A stretch of 64,000 nt of DNA, from positions 288,001-352,000 of the forward strand of contig CBDDIJ010000005.1 of assembly GCA_965228855.1 (NCBI GenBank), written 5' to 3'. The DNA is from Candidatus Obscuribacterales bacterium (GTDB lineage Bacteria; Cyanobacteriota; Vampirovibrionia; Obscuribacterales; Obscuribacteraceae). Positions 48,765 through 58,904 of the stretch are shown piece after piece. The position numbers and the translations under genes are program-made. The notes beneath the pieces were generated by a model, which worked only from the letters and a program-made list of their open reading frames with translations, searched no databases and was not told where the DNA came from. Each line of letters opens with the position of its first letter. Positions within the stretch are counted from its first letter, which is position 1.

Positions 48765-49674
48765 GACAGGTCTGAGACCCACCTTACTGGTGGACTCTGT
48801 CAAGCTCAACAACGAGCTTGGCATGAGGGTTCTCATTGCCTCGGAAACCTTTCAACATACGGGCAGCTTTAAATTCAGAGCTGCCTATAATGTTGCGCTG
48901 AGTTCTTCGGCACCACATCTGGTGACGGCATCGTCAGGCAATTTCGGGCAGGCACTAGCATATGCGTGCCAGCTGACCGGAAAAAACTGTACGGTCGTCA
49001 TGCCGGAAACTTCGACGAAGTCGAAAATCGAGGCGGTTGAAGGTTTCGGCGCAGAGGTCAGGCTTGTCGATGTCGGAGTCAAGAGCCGCGGCGAGTGGCT
49101 GCTTGATGTTTTGATCGAGCTTGGTACCGAAGTCGAAACAGTCAGTCCTTATGACGACGAGAGAGTGATCGAGGGGAATTCAACGCTTGCTGATGAACTC
49201 GTCAACTACAAAGACGACTTCGATTCAGTCATAGTGCCTATCGGCGGGGGCGGTTTGAGCGCCGGACTGATAGAAGGGTTCAAACGCAACGGCGTGGATG
49301 TCAAAGTTTTCGGCGCGGAGCCAAAGCTCGGCAACGACGCTGCGCAGAGCCTGGAGAAGGGTGAGATCGTTTCAAACGAACAGGAGCCTGCCACCATTGC
49401 GGATGGCGCACGCACTCTTAGCGTCGGCAAGCATAACTTCCCGATTTTGAAGAGTGGTCTCACTGAGATTCTCGAAGTTGAAGAAGACGAGATCGTGGCG
49501 GCAATGCGGTTATTGTTCATGCAGGCGAATTTGAAGTGCGAACCGACAGGCGCGCTCAGTCTTGCAGCGTTGATGGCGAACAAGGAGCGCTTCGAGCACA
49601 AAAAGCCGCTCGTGATCGTAAGCGGCGGGAATGTTGATGCTGCGCAGTATGCAAAGCTGATCGCGGGCGACTAG
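48745..49674 (+). CDS. PLP-dependent serine/threonine dehydratase or racemase family protein
   Basis: ETFQHTGSFKFR, ASSGNFG, PIGGGGL, TIADG, EPTGA, SGGN; no ACT domain. Confidence 0.88.
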   Translation: MLLNKCKTGLRPTLLVDSVKLNNELGMRVLIASETFQHTGSFKFRAAYNVALSSSAPHLVTASSGNFGQALAYACQLTGKNCTVVMPETSTKSKIEAVEGFGAEVRLVDVGVKSRGEWLLDVLIELGTEVETVSPYDDERVIEGNSTLADELVNYKDDFDSVIVPIGGGGLSAGLIEGFKRNGVDVKVFGAEPKLGNDAAQSLEKGEIVSNEQEPATIADGARTLSVGKHNFPILKSGLTEILEVEEDEIVAAMRLLFMQANLKCEPTGALSLAALMANKERFEHKKPLVIVSGGNVDAAQYAKLIAGD

Positions 49675-49739
49675 CTTCAAGCTCAAATAGAAACAGGCGA
49701 GTGTTTCCACCCGCCGCTTCCATTTGATTGTTGTCGCGC

Positions 49740-49787
49740 AAACAAAAGAAAGTCGCAGGCCATCACTGTTTGAGCTTGACCTGCGAC
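49740..49787 (-). terminator. Probable speD terminator
   Basis: Minus strand GTCGCAGG...CCTGCGAC followed by TTTCTTTTGTTT. Confidence 0.55.
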
Positions 49788-49803
49788 CCGGTTGTTTCGA
49801 TGC

Positions 49804-50229
49804 TTAGCTGACTGCGGTCAGACGAGCTCTTTCGCCTTCGACGATCGCACGAGCGCGTCCTGCGCTGCGTGGGAACTCGCGGCCTCTCATGAACACTTCC
49901 TTGTCAAAGCTCTCAGGCTCGAAATACGAGTTGAAGAATTGGACTGCTTCTTCAACATCGAAGTCTTTGCAAGAGAAGATATCAAGGGTTGCAAAACCCT
50001 TATCAGGAAACGTGTGAATGGAGATGTGAGACTCAGCAATGAGCACCACTCCACTAACTCCCCAATCATCCTCAACTGCGCCGTGGTACGTGAAAACGTA
50101 CGGTGGCATTATTTTGGTCATACCTAGTTGAGGCGGATACGCATCAAGCATCTTACACATTGAGTTTACGTCTGCGAGTTTTTCTTTGTTGCAACCGTAA
50201 GCTTCAAGAATTAGATGTGGTCCGAACAT
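49804..50229 (-). CDS. speD: S-adenosylmethionine decarboxylase proenzyme family (pyruvoyl-dependent)
   Basis: GPHLILE, GVSGVVLIAE-SHISIHTFP cleavage motif, DIFSCK; ATG 50229 after GGGGG. Confidence 0.88.
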   Translation of the reverse strand: MFGPHLILEAYGCNKEKLADVNSMCKMLDAYPPQLGMTKIMPPYVFTYHGAVEDDWGVSGVVLIAESHISIHTFPDKGFATLDIFSCKDFDVEEAVQFFNSYFEPESFDKEVFMRGREFPRSAGRARAIVEGERARLTAVS

Positions 50230-50745
50230 TTCTTTCCCCCTTTCCGCATCGCTGCTAAACGAGCGGTGAAAGTGATTCCTATACATGCCAAGACTCGAAC
50301 AACCTCATGGTTAGCCAGTCTTGTGGGGTACACGAAACGCTTACTTAACACCATCGGACAAATGCCTTCTGGGAGTTGGGCGTTGTTGTGTCTAGCTGAA
50401 ACCTCCTTTGGATTTCGTTTCCAATATTTTGGAAGAGAGTAATTCTACATTAAAACTACCTGTCTTCCATCGTTTAGCACCTGCTGATCAAAATATTTAC
50501 AAGATTGTTTTTCAACCAACAGCTACTCAAGACAGTGTGCGACTTCCGAATGTTCCCGCTCCGGAAATCGCTTCATAAACCATTACGAATCCCGACCGGC
50601 AGCGGGAGATCACCGGTCAGTAATCGGGTAGGACGGGCCTGGGATAAACACAGACTCGCCGGTAACGATTGGATTTTTTTCGATTTACAGCGCGAGTGTT
50701 TTCCGTGAAGAGCCGCTAGAATAGAGGGAAATCTGAGGTTCAGCC

Positions 50746-52056
50746 ATGAACGATCTTTTCGTAGCTCGTTCGCAAATGGGCATGTCACTTGCCTTCCACA
50801 TCATCTTCGCGGCAATCGGTGTCGCTCTTCCACTAATGATGTGTATCGCAGAGTGGCTCTGGCTGAAGACCGGCGATGATGTTTATCTTGAACTGGCAAA
50901 GAGATGGTCCAAAGGTGCGGCAATTCTTTTCGCCGTCGGCGCAGTATCGGGCACGGTGCTCTCCTTCGAGCTTGGACTCCTATGGCCGGTCTTCATGAAG
51001 TGGTCGGGCGAAATTATCGGTCTGCCTTTCGCACTCGAAGGCTTCGCATTCTTCACGGAGGCGATCTTCCTCGGCATCTACTTATATGGATGGAAACTCG
51101 TGCCGAAAGCGGCGCACCTTGCTGCAGGTGTCGTCGTCTCGCTGAGTGGCGCCCTCTCCGCTTTCTTCGTAGTGCTTGCGAACGGATGGATGAACACGCC
51201 GACCGGCTTTCGCATCGTCGATGGCAAAGCCGTCGACATCGAGCCGGTAAAAGCGATGTTCAATCCGGCTGGTCTTCCTGAAGCGGCACACATGATCATC
51301 GCCGCTTATGCCGCAACCGCGTTCCTCGTGGCGGGCATCCATGCGTACATGCTACTGAAAGACAGGTCGAACATCTTCCATCGAAGAGCGATCGCCATTG
51401 CGCTTGTCCTTGGAGGAGCCATGGCCGTTCTCCAACCGCTTAGCGGCGACATTCTTGCCCAAATGGTCGCCTATATGCAACCGGTGAAACTTGCAGCGAT
51501 GGAAGCGCACTACGAAACCCGACGCGGAGCACCGATAATCGTAGGAGGAATTCCCGACAGCGAAAAAGCTGAAGTCCATTACGGCATCGAAATTCCCTAC
51601 GGTCTAAGCTTGCTGTCCTTCCACGATCCAAACGCGGAGGTGAAAGGACTTAAAGACTTCGCAAGAGAAAACTGGCCGAACGTCGCCCTCGTACACTACA
51701 ACTTTCAGGCAATGGTCGGATGTGGAATTCTCATGATGTTGGTTGCCGCCTGGAGCGCGCTTTTGTGGTGGAAAAAACGCTCACTCCCCGACTCCGATGT
51801 GTTCTTGAAAGCGCTGATACTGACGTCGCCTTTAGGTTTCATCGCGCTTGAAACTGGCTGGATGGTTACCGAGCTTGGACGCCAACCTTGGGTAGTCCAC
51901 AATATTATTCGTACGCGAGATGCCGTCACTCCTATGCCCGGATTGATAGTTCCATTCACAACCTTCACCATCCTCTACATCGTTCTGATGATAATAGTCA
52001 TTTTCCTAATCCGGCGGCAGGTCGTCAAAAGCCCAAGCCTAAAAAAGGTGGATTGA
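50746..52056 (+). CDS. cydA: Cytochrome bd ubiquinol oxidase subunit I (short Q-loop)
   Basis: FHIIF, GAVSG, EGFAFFTEA, NGWMNTP, QPVKLAAME, AMVG, GWMVTELGRQPW. Confidence 0.96.
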   Translation: MNDLFVARSQMGMSLAFHIIFAAIGVALPLMMCIAEWLWLKTGDDVYLELAKRWSKGAAILFAVGAVSGTVLSFELGLLWPVFMKWSGEIIGLPFALEGFAFFTEAIFLGIYLYGWKLVPKAAHLAAGVVVSLSGALSAFFVVLANGWMNTPTGFRIVDGKAVDIEPVKAMFNPAGLPEAAHMIIAAYAATAFLVAGIHAYMLLKDRSNIFHRRAIAIALVLGGAMAVLQPLSGDILAQMVAYMQPVKLAAMEAHYETRRGAPIIVGGIPDSEKAEVHYGIEIPYGLSLLSFHDPNAEVKGLKDFARENWPNVALVHYNFQAMVGCGILMMLVAAWSALLWWKKRSLPDSDVFLKALILTSPLGFIALETGWMVTELGRQPWVVHNIIRTRDAVTPMPGLIVPFTTFTILYIVLMIIVIFLIRRQVVKSPSLKKVD

Positions 52057-52057
52057 C

Positions 52058-53074
52058 TTGAACATCCCTTCACCTGAGCACATTCTGGGCCTTGCTGCGA
52101 TTATCTCACTGACATTTTATGCCCTCATGGGCGGTGCCGACTATGGCGGCGGCGTCTGGGACTTGCTTGCGTTCGGTCGCAGGGCAGCCAAGCAACGAGA
52201 GACGATCGCAAACGCTATCGGTCCGATTTGGGAAGCAAATCACGTCTGGCTCATCCTTGTAATTGTGATTCTGTTTGCCTGCTTTCCGCCGGCGTTCTGC
52301 GCAATCTCAATTGCGTTGCACATTCCACTTACAATTCTATTAATAGGTATCGTCCTGCGCGGCTCCGCATTCACCTTCCGGACCTATGACTCGCAACGCG
52401 ACAATGTTCAACGTCTGTGGGGAAGAATCTTTGCAATTTCCAGCACAATCACGCCAGTCGTGCTCGGTATAATTGTCGGTGCGATTTCGAATGGTGCTCT
52501 GACAATCGATGGCACCGACTTCTTGCAGATATACGTTCACTCATGGGCGCAACCGTTCCCCATCGCGGTAGGACTATTCGCATTGGCATTGTTCGCCTAT
52601 CTGGCAGCGGTTTATCTAACATCCGACACACTTGACGCAGAACTGCAAAACGATTTTCGGACGCGAGCTATGCTCTCGGCAATAGTAAGTGCGATCATGG
52701 CGGCAGTCGTTTTCTTTCTGTCGAAGAACGAAGCGCCCGCAATCTATGCAGACATCTCTCGTGTGATACCACTACATGTGGTGACCGCGCTTCTGGCACT
52801 CGGCTCGCTTTCATGTCTGTACTTTCGAAAGTTCGGCGTCGCCAGATTTTTCGCGGCCGGTCAAGTCGCCTTCGTTCTCTGGGGATGGGCGCTCGGACAG
52901 TATCCCTTTCTGGTTCGGCCTAACTGGACGATCACAAACTCAATGGCGAACAAAGAAACCCTGGATCTGGTAATCATTGCGCTGATGGCAGGAACAGTTT
53001 TACTTTGTCCATCGGTCCTTTATCTTCTCAAGATCTTCAAGTCGCGTTCGGATGTTCCCAAGTTAAACAGTTAG
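52058..53074 (+). CDS. cydB: Cytochrome bd ubiquinol oxidase subunit II
   Basis: GGADYGGG, GPIWEANHVWL, LRGSAF; follows cydA. Confidence 0.94.
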   Translation: MNIPSPEHILGLAAIISLTFYALMGGADYGGGVWDLLAFGRRAAKQRETIANAIGPIWEANHVWLILVIVILFACFPPAFCAISIALHIPLTILLIGIVLRGSAFTFRTYDSQRDNVQRLWGRIFAISSTITPVVLGIIVGAISNGALTIDGTDFLQIYVHSWAQPFPIAVGLFALALFAYLAAVYLTSDTLDAELQNDFRTRAMLSAIVSAIMAAVVFFLSKNEAPAIYADISRVIPLHVVTALLALGSLSCLYFRKFGVARFFAAGQVAFVLWGWALGQYPFLVRPNWTITNSMANKETLDLVIIALMAGTVLLCPSVLYLLKIFKSRSDVPKLNS

Positions 53075-53152
53075 CCCAAAACTCGACAAGCTTCGGGCAC
53101 TGACCTCGCTGACCTGTGTAAGAACAGCGGCAGCACCGCGAACTAAGCCATC

Positions 53153-53809
53153 CTACGAGCCAGACCCTGAATCCTCGCGGTGCTCTTCTTCCATCTTTTT
53201 CCACATCTCCTCTTCTTCGTTCTCAAACTGTTCAAGCTGTTTCAATGTATCGGCTTGAATCTTCAGCTGTTCATCCTCAGCCCAGGATGCAAGTCTTTGC
53301 TCTTTGCTTTGCCGCGCATCCTGCCAGAGTCGCTGGGCGTGAGTGTAAAACTCCAGCGCCGAAGTATGGCTGTCGAAAGCATAGGAGGGAACGTAGATGC
53401 TCGTGAAGATTTTCGAGAGAAAGTATACGCTGCCATTGTCGAACTGAACCTTGTCGACCTTACCCCAGGTCAACTTTGTATCGTTGACCTTATCGGTGAA
53501 GTCACGCACTCCGTCTTCCGAGATTGTGGTGGTGCACAATCTTGGCTTCGAAAGCAACTTGCGCACCATGAGCCACGATAAAAGTATTGGCGCCAGAAGT
53601 GTAAATGCAATAATGAACATGATGTCTACCAGCGGAAAGTGAATTCCTAAACCAGCAGCGCAGACGACGATGACTATAGACGAGATAAGAATGAACGTTG
53701 GAAACAACTGCCCCTTCTTTAATAGATACAGATTGCAGCGCCAAATCTCGTCGCCATTGCTGGCGTCATAACTTATCTCTCGACTCTCCATCGGCACAAG
53801 CTCGGACAT
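53153..53809 (-). CDS. YcxB-like membrane protein
   Basis: Two TM helices, then ISEDGV...WGKV...YVPSYAF pattern and an acidic tail. Confidence 0.6.
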   Translation of the reverse strand: MSELVPMESREISYDASNGDEIWRCNLYLLKKGQLFPTFILISSIVIVVCAAGLGIHFPLVDIMFIIAFTLLAPILLSWLMVRKLLSKPRLCTTTISEDGVRDFTDKVNDTKLTWGKVDKVQFDNGSVYFLSKIFTSIYVPSYAFDSHTSALEFYTHAQRLWQDARQSKEQRLASWAEDEQLKIQADTLKQLEQFENEEEEMWKKMEEEHREDSGSGS

Positions 53810-53887
53810 CTTCGCTCCGATGTTTAGTGTGAACTGAAACGTTCGGGTGTGAGACTTGAACGTTCGCGGCGCTCTTGGACTGGGAAA

Positions 53888-56800
53888 TTAAGCTCTAACT
53901 CTACTTGCCGACACCCTCAACGCATCGCTGAAGTTCGCTTTGATGTCGGTGATCAACTCAGGCGAAGCGCTAACCCAGAACTGCGAGCCGACAAGAATGA
54001 CCTTACTTTCTTTACCCATTCTGAAGTGCAGCATCACAGGGTCCTCGCCCTTATGCGCGTTCAAAATGTCTTTCAAGCGGTGCATATCCGAAAACGACGG
54101 GTCTCTGCCGATGACGATATCAACCATTGAGGCGTCCGCGATCCTTCTTACTGACGTAGCGACAATACTGAAGTTATCTTCGAACTTCTTGACCTTCCCT
54201 TTTATCAACACGAGTGCTTGAGCTTGCAATGTCTCCGGCGGAATTTTCTCGAGCAGATCGCTATAGATGACGACTTCGCACTTGGAACTAAGGTCTTCCA
54301 TGTGAACAATACCGAGCAGCTTGTTCGACTTGGTGAGCCGCTTCTCAACCGCGTTGGCGAGACCTCCGATAATAGCGTTTGTTCCATCGGCCGATTCGCG
54401 CAATTCCTTTATAGAGTGAGTAGTGAGGAACTTCAGTCGATTGGCAACCCGATTGAGCGGATGACTGGAAACATAGAAGCCGAGAAGTTCATGCTCCATA
54501 ACCTGCATTTCCGCTTCTTCAAATTCGGAACCATCGCCGCGCAAACTCATATCGAGTTTCATCAGCGCGCCGCTGTCGTCATCGCTTCCGCCGAAAGAAA
54601 ACAGACTCATCTGCCCACTCGCTTCGGAACTCTGCCTGCGAGCAGAGGCATCGACGATAGCGTCGAGGTTTTCGAGAGCTTGTTTGCGCGTGATGTTTAA
54701 ACTTAAGCAAGCACCGCATTTGATGAGCGCTTCAAGCGTCCGCTTGTTGACGGTTTTGAGATCGATGCGATTGCAGAAATCATGCAGGCTTTTAAATGGT
54801 CCACCGAGTTCGCGTTTTTTGACAATCTCCTCGACTGCGGCTTCGCCGACGTTCTTAATACCGGAAAGTCCGAAACGAATGTTGCCACCATCAGCGGTGA
54901 ATTCCTTCCCGGACACATTGACGTCCGGAGGAAGAATTTCGATGTTCATCGACTGGCATTCGGCGATGTAACCCTGAACCTTATCTTGTTCTCCAGCGAC
55001 CGAAGACATCAACGCGGTCATGTATTGGACCGGATAGTGCGTCTTCAGATACGCAGTTTGGTAGGTTAGAACACCATACGCAGCGGAGTGCGACTTGTTG
55101 AAGCAGTACTCAGCAAACTGAACCATGATGTCGAACAGTTTGTCGGAGATTTCCTGCGCAACACCACGCTCCGCAGCACCAGCGATAAACTTGCCGCGGT
55201 GCTTCTCCATCTCCTCCGGCTTTTTCTTACCCATGGCTCGACGGAGCAAGTCGGCTTGACCCAGACTATAACCACCGAGCTGCTGAGCGATCTGCATGAT
55301 CTGCTCTTGGTACACGATCTGCCCGTAGGTGTCCTTGAGAATCGGCTCAAGCAGCGGCGTGTCGTAGGTAATTTTCATCTTGCCGTGTTTACAGCCGATG
55401 AACTTATCGATCATCCCTGAGTCCAACGGACCTGGTCGATACAACGCGATTAGCGCTGAAATATCTTCCATGTTGGACGGCTTCATGTCGCGCGCGACTT
55501 GACGCATCCCTGAAGAGGTTTCTAACTGGAAGATGCCCGAGAGGTCCCCGTTACTGATTGTTTGATACGTCTTCTCGTCGTCTAACGGAATGTCGTCAGG
55601 ATTGATCTCGACTCCAACGGTTTGCTTGATGCACTTGACCGCTTTGTCGATCATAGTCAAGTTTCTCAGACCGAGGAAGTCCATCTTCACCAGCCCGACA
55701 TAGGCGGCGTCTTCCATGTAGAACTGACAGATGACTGTTCCATCATTGTTCTTCTGTAGCGGAACAAGGTTTTCCAGTGGTGTATCTGAGATTACAACAC
55801 CCGCGGCGTGCATACCGAAGGTTTTGTTGGTGCCTTCAAGTTGCTGAGCGAGATCGATAACTTGTCGAGCTTCGTCGCTGTTCTGATATTCCTTTTTAAA
55901 CTCAGGGTGCTCAACAAGCATGTCCTTCAATGGAGTCGGTTTACCGCGAACAACCGGCACCATCTTAGCGAGCTTCGTGGACTCAGCAAAAGGAAATTCC
56001 AACACACGAGCAACGTCTTTGATGACTGCTTTCGAAGTCATTTTGTTGAACGTGATGATCTGTGAAACGTGATCCTGACCATACTTTTCCGCGCAGTATT
56101 TGATGACCTCGTCACGACGTTCGATACAAAAGTCGGTATCGATGTCGGGCATGGATTGTCGTTCCGGGTTCAAAAATCTTTCGAAGAGCAATGCGTTCTT
56201 GATCGGATCAATGTTCGTGATCCCAGTCGCGTAAGCTACTAAACTTCCTGCAGCAGATCCACGACCTGGGCCCACGGGAATGCCATTGTCGCGCGCGTAC
56301 TTTATGAAGTCAGCGGTCATGATGAAGTAGGACGCGAACTTTTTCTGCTCGATACATTCGAGTTCCATCTTCGCTCGGGCTTCATACTCAGGTGGAATCA
56401 CTCCTTCGCAACGCTCTTTAACACCTTCCATTACGATGTGGGTGAGGTAACTATCTGCCGTGTGACCGTCAGGCATCGCAATGATCGGTAGCCTCGGCTC
56501 GCCGGCTAATTTGATGGTCTCAACTCTGTCGGCAATCTCAAGAGTGCTGTTTAGCGCCTCTTCGATGTATTCGGTATCAAGGTGATCGCGGAAAAGATAC
56601 GACATCTCGTCGCCGTTCTTCAAATATTCCCAGCCGGAGAACTTCATGCGATTCGCATCGGTAACCATCTTGCCCATCTGAATACAGAGCAAGCAGTCAT
56701 GCGCCATAGCATCATTCTTGTTGGTAAAGTGCGAGTCGTTGGTTGCACAGAGTTTGATACCAAGGTCACGCGAAATTTTGATCAGCTCACGGTTAACTTT

Positions 56801-57349
56801 GCGGTCTTCCCAGTAGCCGTGATCCTGTATTTCGATGAAATAATCATCCTTCAGTGTGTCTCTAAACCAAGCCGCTTTCTCGCGAGCCTCGTCAAATTTG
56901 TCCTTCAAAATGAGCTGCGACAGCTCCGCACCAAGACAGCCGGAGAGAACTACCAGTCCCTCTTTGAACTCGGCGAGCATTTCTTTGTTGATTCGAGGTT
57001 TGTAGTAATAGCCGTTCAAGTGAGCGCGAGAAACCAGCTTCACCAGATTCTGATAGCCAGTTTTGTTTCGCGCAATTATCGTAAGGTGATAGAGACTTTG
57101 CTTCGTCTTCTTGTCAGTTACGTCACCATCAATGATGTATGCTTCGTAGCCCAAAATGGGCTTAACACCACCTATTTCATTGCAAGCTTTGGTAAGTTCG
57201 ACCGCACCATACATGACACCATGATCGGTGATCGCAACAGCCGGCATGTTTTCAGCTTTTGCCTTCTTGACCAAATCTTTGATCTTAGTAGCGCCATCAA
57301 GCAAGCTGTATTCCGTATGCAAATGTAGCGGTACATAAGGGCGCGGCAT
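53888..57349 (-). CDS. dnaE: DNA polymerase III alpha subunit (uninterrupted)
   Basis: HLHTEYSLLDG, GPGRGSAAGSL, PDIDTDF, HAAGVVI, KMDFLGL, FNKSHS; ATG 57349. Confidence 0.98.
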   Translation of the reverse strand: MPRPYVPLHLHTEYSLLDGATKIKDLVKKAKAENMPAVAITDHGVMYGAVELTKACNEIGGVKPILGYEAYIIDGDVTDKKTKQSLYHLTIIARNKTGYQNLVKLVSRAHLNGYYYKPRINKEMLAEFKEGLVVLSGCLGAELSQLILKDKFDEAREKAAWFRDTLKDDYFIEIQDHGYWEDRKVNRELIKISRDLGIKLCATNDSHFTNKNDAMAHDCLLCIQMGKMVTDANRMKFSGWEYLKNGDEMSYLFRDHLDTEYIEEALNSTLEIADRVETIKLAGEPRLPIIAMPDGHTADSYLTHIVMEGVKERCEGVIPPEYEARAKMELECIEQKKFASYFIMTADFIKYARDNGIPVGPGRGSAAGSLVAYATGITNIDPIKNALLFERFLNPERQSMPDIDTDFCIERRDEVIKYCAEKYGQDHVSQIITFNKMTSKAVIKDVARVLEFPFAESTKLAKMVPVVRGKPTPLKDMLVEHPEFKKEYQNSDEARQVIDLAQQLEGTNKTFGMHAAGVVISDTPLENLVPLQKNNDGTVICQFYMEDAAYVGLVKMDFLGLRNLTMIDKAVKCIKQTVGVEINPDDIPLDDEKTYQTISNGDLSGIFQLETSSGMRQVARDMKPSNMEDISALIALYRPGPLDSGMIDKFIGCKHGKMKITYDTPLLEPILKDTYGQIVYQEQIMQIAQQLGGYSLGQADLLRRAMGKKKPEEMEKHRGKFIAGAAERGVAQEISDKLFDIMVQFAEYCFNKSHSAAYGVLTYQTAYLKTHYPVQYMTALMSSVAGEQDKVQGYIAECQSMNIEILPPDVNVSGKEFTADGGNIRFGLSGIKNVGEAAVEEIVKKRELGGPFKSLHDFCNRIDLKTVNKRTLEALIKCGACLSLNITRKQALENLDAIVDASARRQSSEASGQMSLFSFGGSDDDSGALMKLDMSLRGDGSEFEEAEMQVMEHELLGFYVSSHPLNRVANRLKFLTTHSIKELRESADGTNAIIGGLANAVEKRLTKSNKLLGIVHMEDLSSKCEVVIYSDLLEKIPPETLQAQALVLIKGKVKKFEDNFSIVATSVRRIADASMVDIVIGRDPSFSDMHRLKDILNAHKGEDPVMLHFRMGKESKVILVGSQFWVSASPELITDIKANFSDALRVSASRVRA

Positions 57350-57608
57350 GACGTGATCTCCCAAAGAGCAAATTGGCTGCCGAAAACAAAACAAATCGGC
57401 GACAATCGATCGATATATCCAATGGATACAGGCTAAAAACCCCGCAATCCATATCATCCTCCCCATTTTCGCACGTTCGTCGAAAACTCGGAGGCTATAT
57501 ATCGTTTATACGATGAAACCGCGCAAAAAGTTCAGCTCACAAAAGCCGCTGCTATTGCCTGAAACCAACGAAACAGACAAGGGGAAAGATTAAATCTCAA
57601 ACTTTCAA

Positions 57609-58622
57609 TTACTTGCCGCGCACCCAATCGCCAAATCTGCGCAGCTGTCCATCGACCGAGAGCGGGTTGATGGCATCCTGCGGCGCGCCCGGTCTGGTCG
57701 GATCAGACGACGGTTTCGGCTTCGGTGCGTTTTTGCCAAGATAATCCTGAACAGACTTCTGCACCTGCCTTCCGTCCTTGTCAAAATCTAGCTTGTCATT
57801 GAATGTTCGTGTGCTTCCGCCTGGGGGCTGCCACCGCGTTCCGTCCGAGGGTAGCGCTCGAGGTTGATACGGCGCGGGAGGCTGCGACGGCTTTGGCGTT
57901 GAATCGGCTGGTCGAAGCTGCTGTTCTCGCCTATCAACGTCACGACGCATCTGCTGTTCGCGATCCGAGAGAACTCGCCCGGCTCCTGGGTCGACTCCGA
58001 ATCGAGCGCGTCCACTCGGAGGAAGAGGCGCAAGCGGTCTCGCCCCCTCTTCAATTCTGTCGATGTCTCTTCGATCTTGTTGATTTCTGTTGTCCAGTTG
58101 CCTGCCAAGGTCCGTAGGCACTCCATAACGAGCGCGTCCTCCCGGAGTGGGTCCAACAGGTGCAGGCGGGGTTAGTGGATTCGGAACGTACCTTTTCGAT
58201 TCTTCGATGTCATGTTTTCTGCGCTCTTCTGCTTCTTTAGCCAGTCGCTCTCTTACGCCTTGCTGCTCGCGGCGCGCTTCCATGATGCGCCTGCGATTCT
58301 CAGCCTCTCGCTGTGCCGCTGGATCCAAGCCGCCTTCCGAAACAGGGTTTACAACCTGTGGTGAACCAGGTGCGCGATTAGGCTGACCTTGCGGCTTTGG
58401 AGTTAGATAATGATCAAGAATCGTTGGTTGCTGAAACGGATTTGGTGTTGTCGCAGGCGAGGCCATTCGAGGGGGCTCAGCAGTTTTCGGCACCACAGGT
58501 GGTGCTACAGTTTGCGCGGTTCTTTTCTCAACCGGAGGACTCAGATACAAGTCAACAAGACTCAACTGGCGCTGCGGCGGTGACGCTTCAACTCTGGCAG
58601 GATCCACTTCGTTGTTCGCCAT
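57609..58622 (-). CDS. Pro/Arg/Gln-rich hypothetical protein with a 42-aa internal repeat
   Basis: GGAGG SD; low-complexity sequence; two GRAR[YF]GV units. Confidence 0.7.
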   Translation of the reverse strand: MANNEVDPARVEASPPQRQLSLVDLYLSPPVEKRTAQTVAPPVVPKTAEPPRMASPATTPNPFQQPTILDHYLTPKPQGQPNRAPGSPQVVNPVSEGGLDPAAQREAENRRRIMEARREQQGVRERLAKEAEERRKHDIEESKRYVPNPLTPPAPVGPTPGGRARYGVPTDLGRQLDNRNQQDRRDIDRIEEGARPLAPLPPSGRARFGVDPGAGRVLSDREQQMRRDVDRREQQLRPADSTPKPSQPPAPYQPRALPSDGTRWQPPGGSTRTFNDKLDFDKDGRQVQKSVQDYLGKNAPKPKPSSDPTRPGAPQDAINPLSVDGQLRRFGDWVRGK

Positions 58623-58904
58623 GACATTCCTCCATGTAGAAACTGCGCCTGAATTGACAGGCGATAAACTTTTCCCGATTACGTATCTACAATTCTTCTC
58701 GAGTCATCGGTCAAGAACAATACGCAAATGCACAGTCGCAATGTTGAAAACCGCACTCAAAGCCGCGACTCACTAGAGTTTTTCCCACTCATAATGCGGT
58801 TCTAAATGTTAAAGATCTCCAATATCAAAACTAGGATGTTTTAGTTCAAAGCTGCGAAATTGAACTCATTTTTGCTATTTCGTGAAGTCTCTAGCGAGAT
58901 GGTG

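Noticed and set aside
50230..50440. SAM-I riboswitch in the speD leader
   Set aside because: Core AUC-AGAG, GCAACC and GUGC...GAU elements are not recognisable; kept only as an unknown structured leader.
57350..57466. 39-aa N-terminal extension of DnaE in the track
   Set aside because: Homology begins at MPRPYVPLHLH; the extension has no support.
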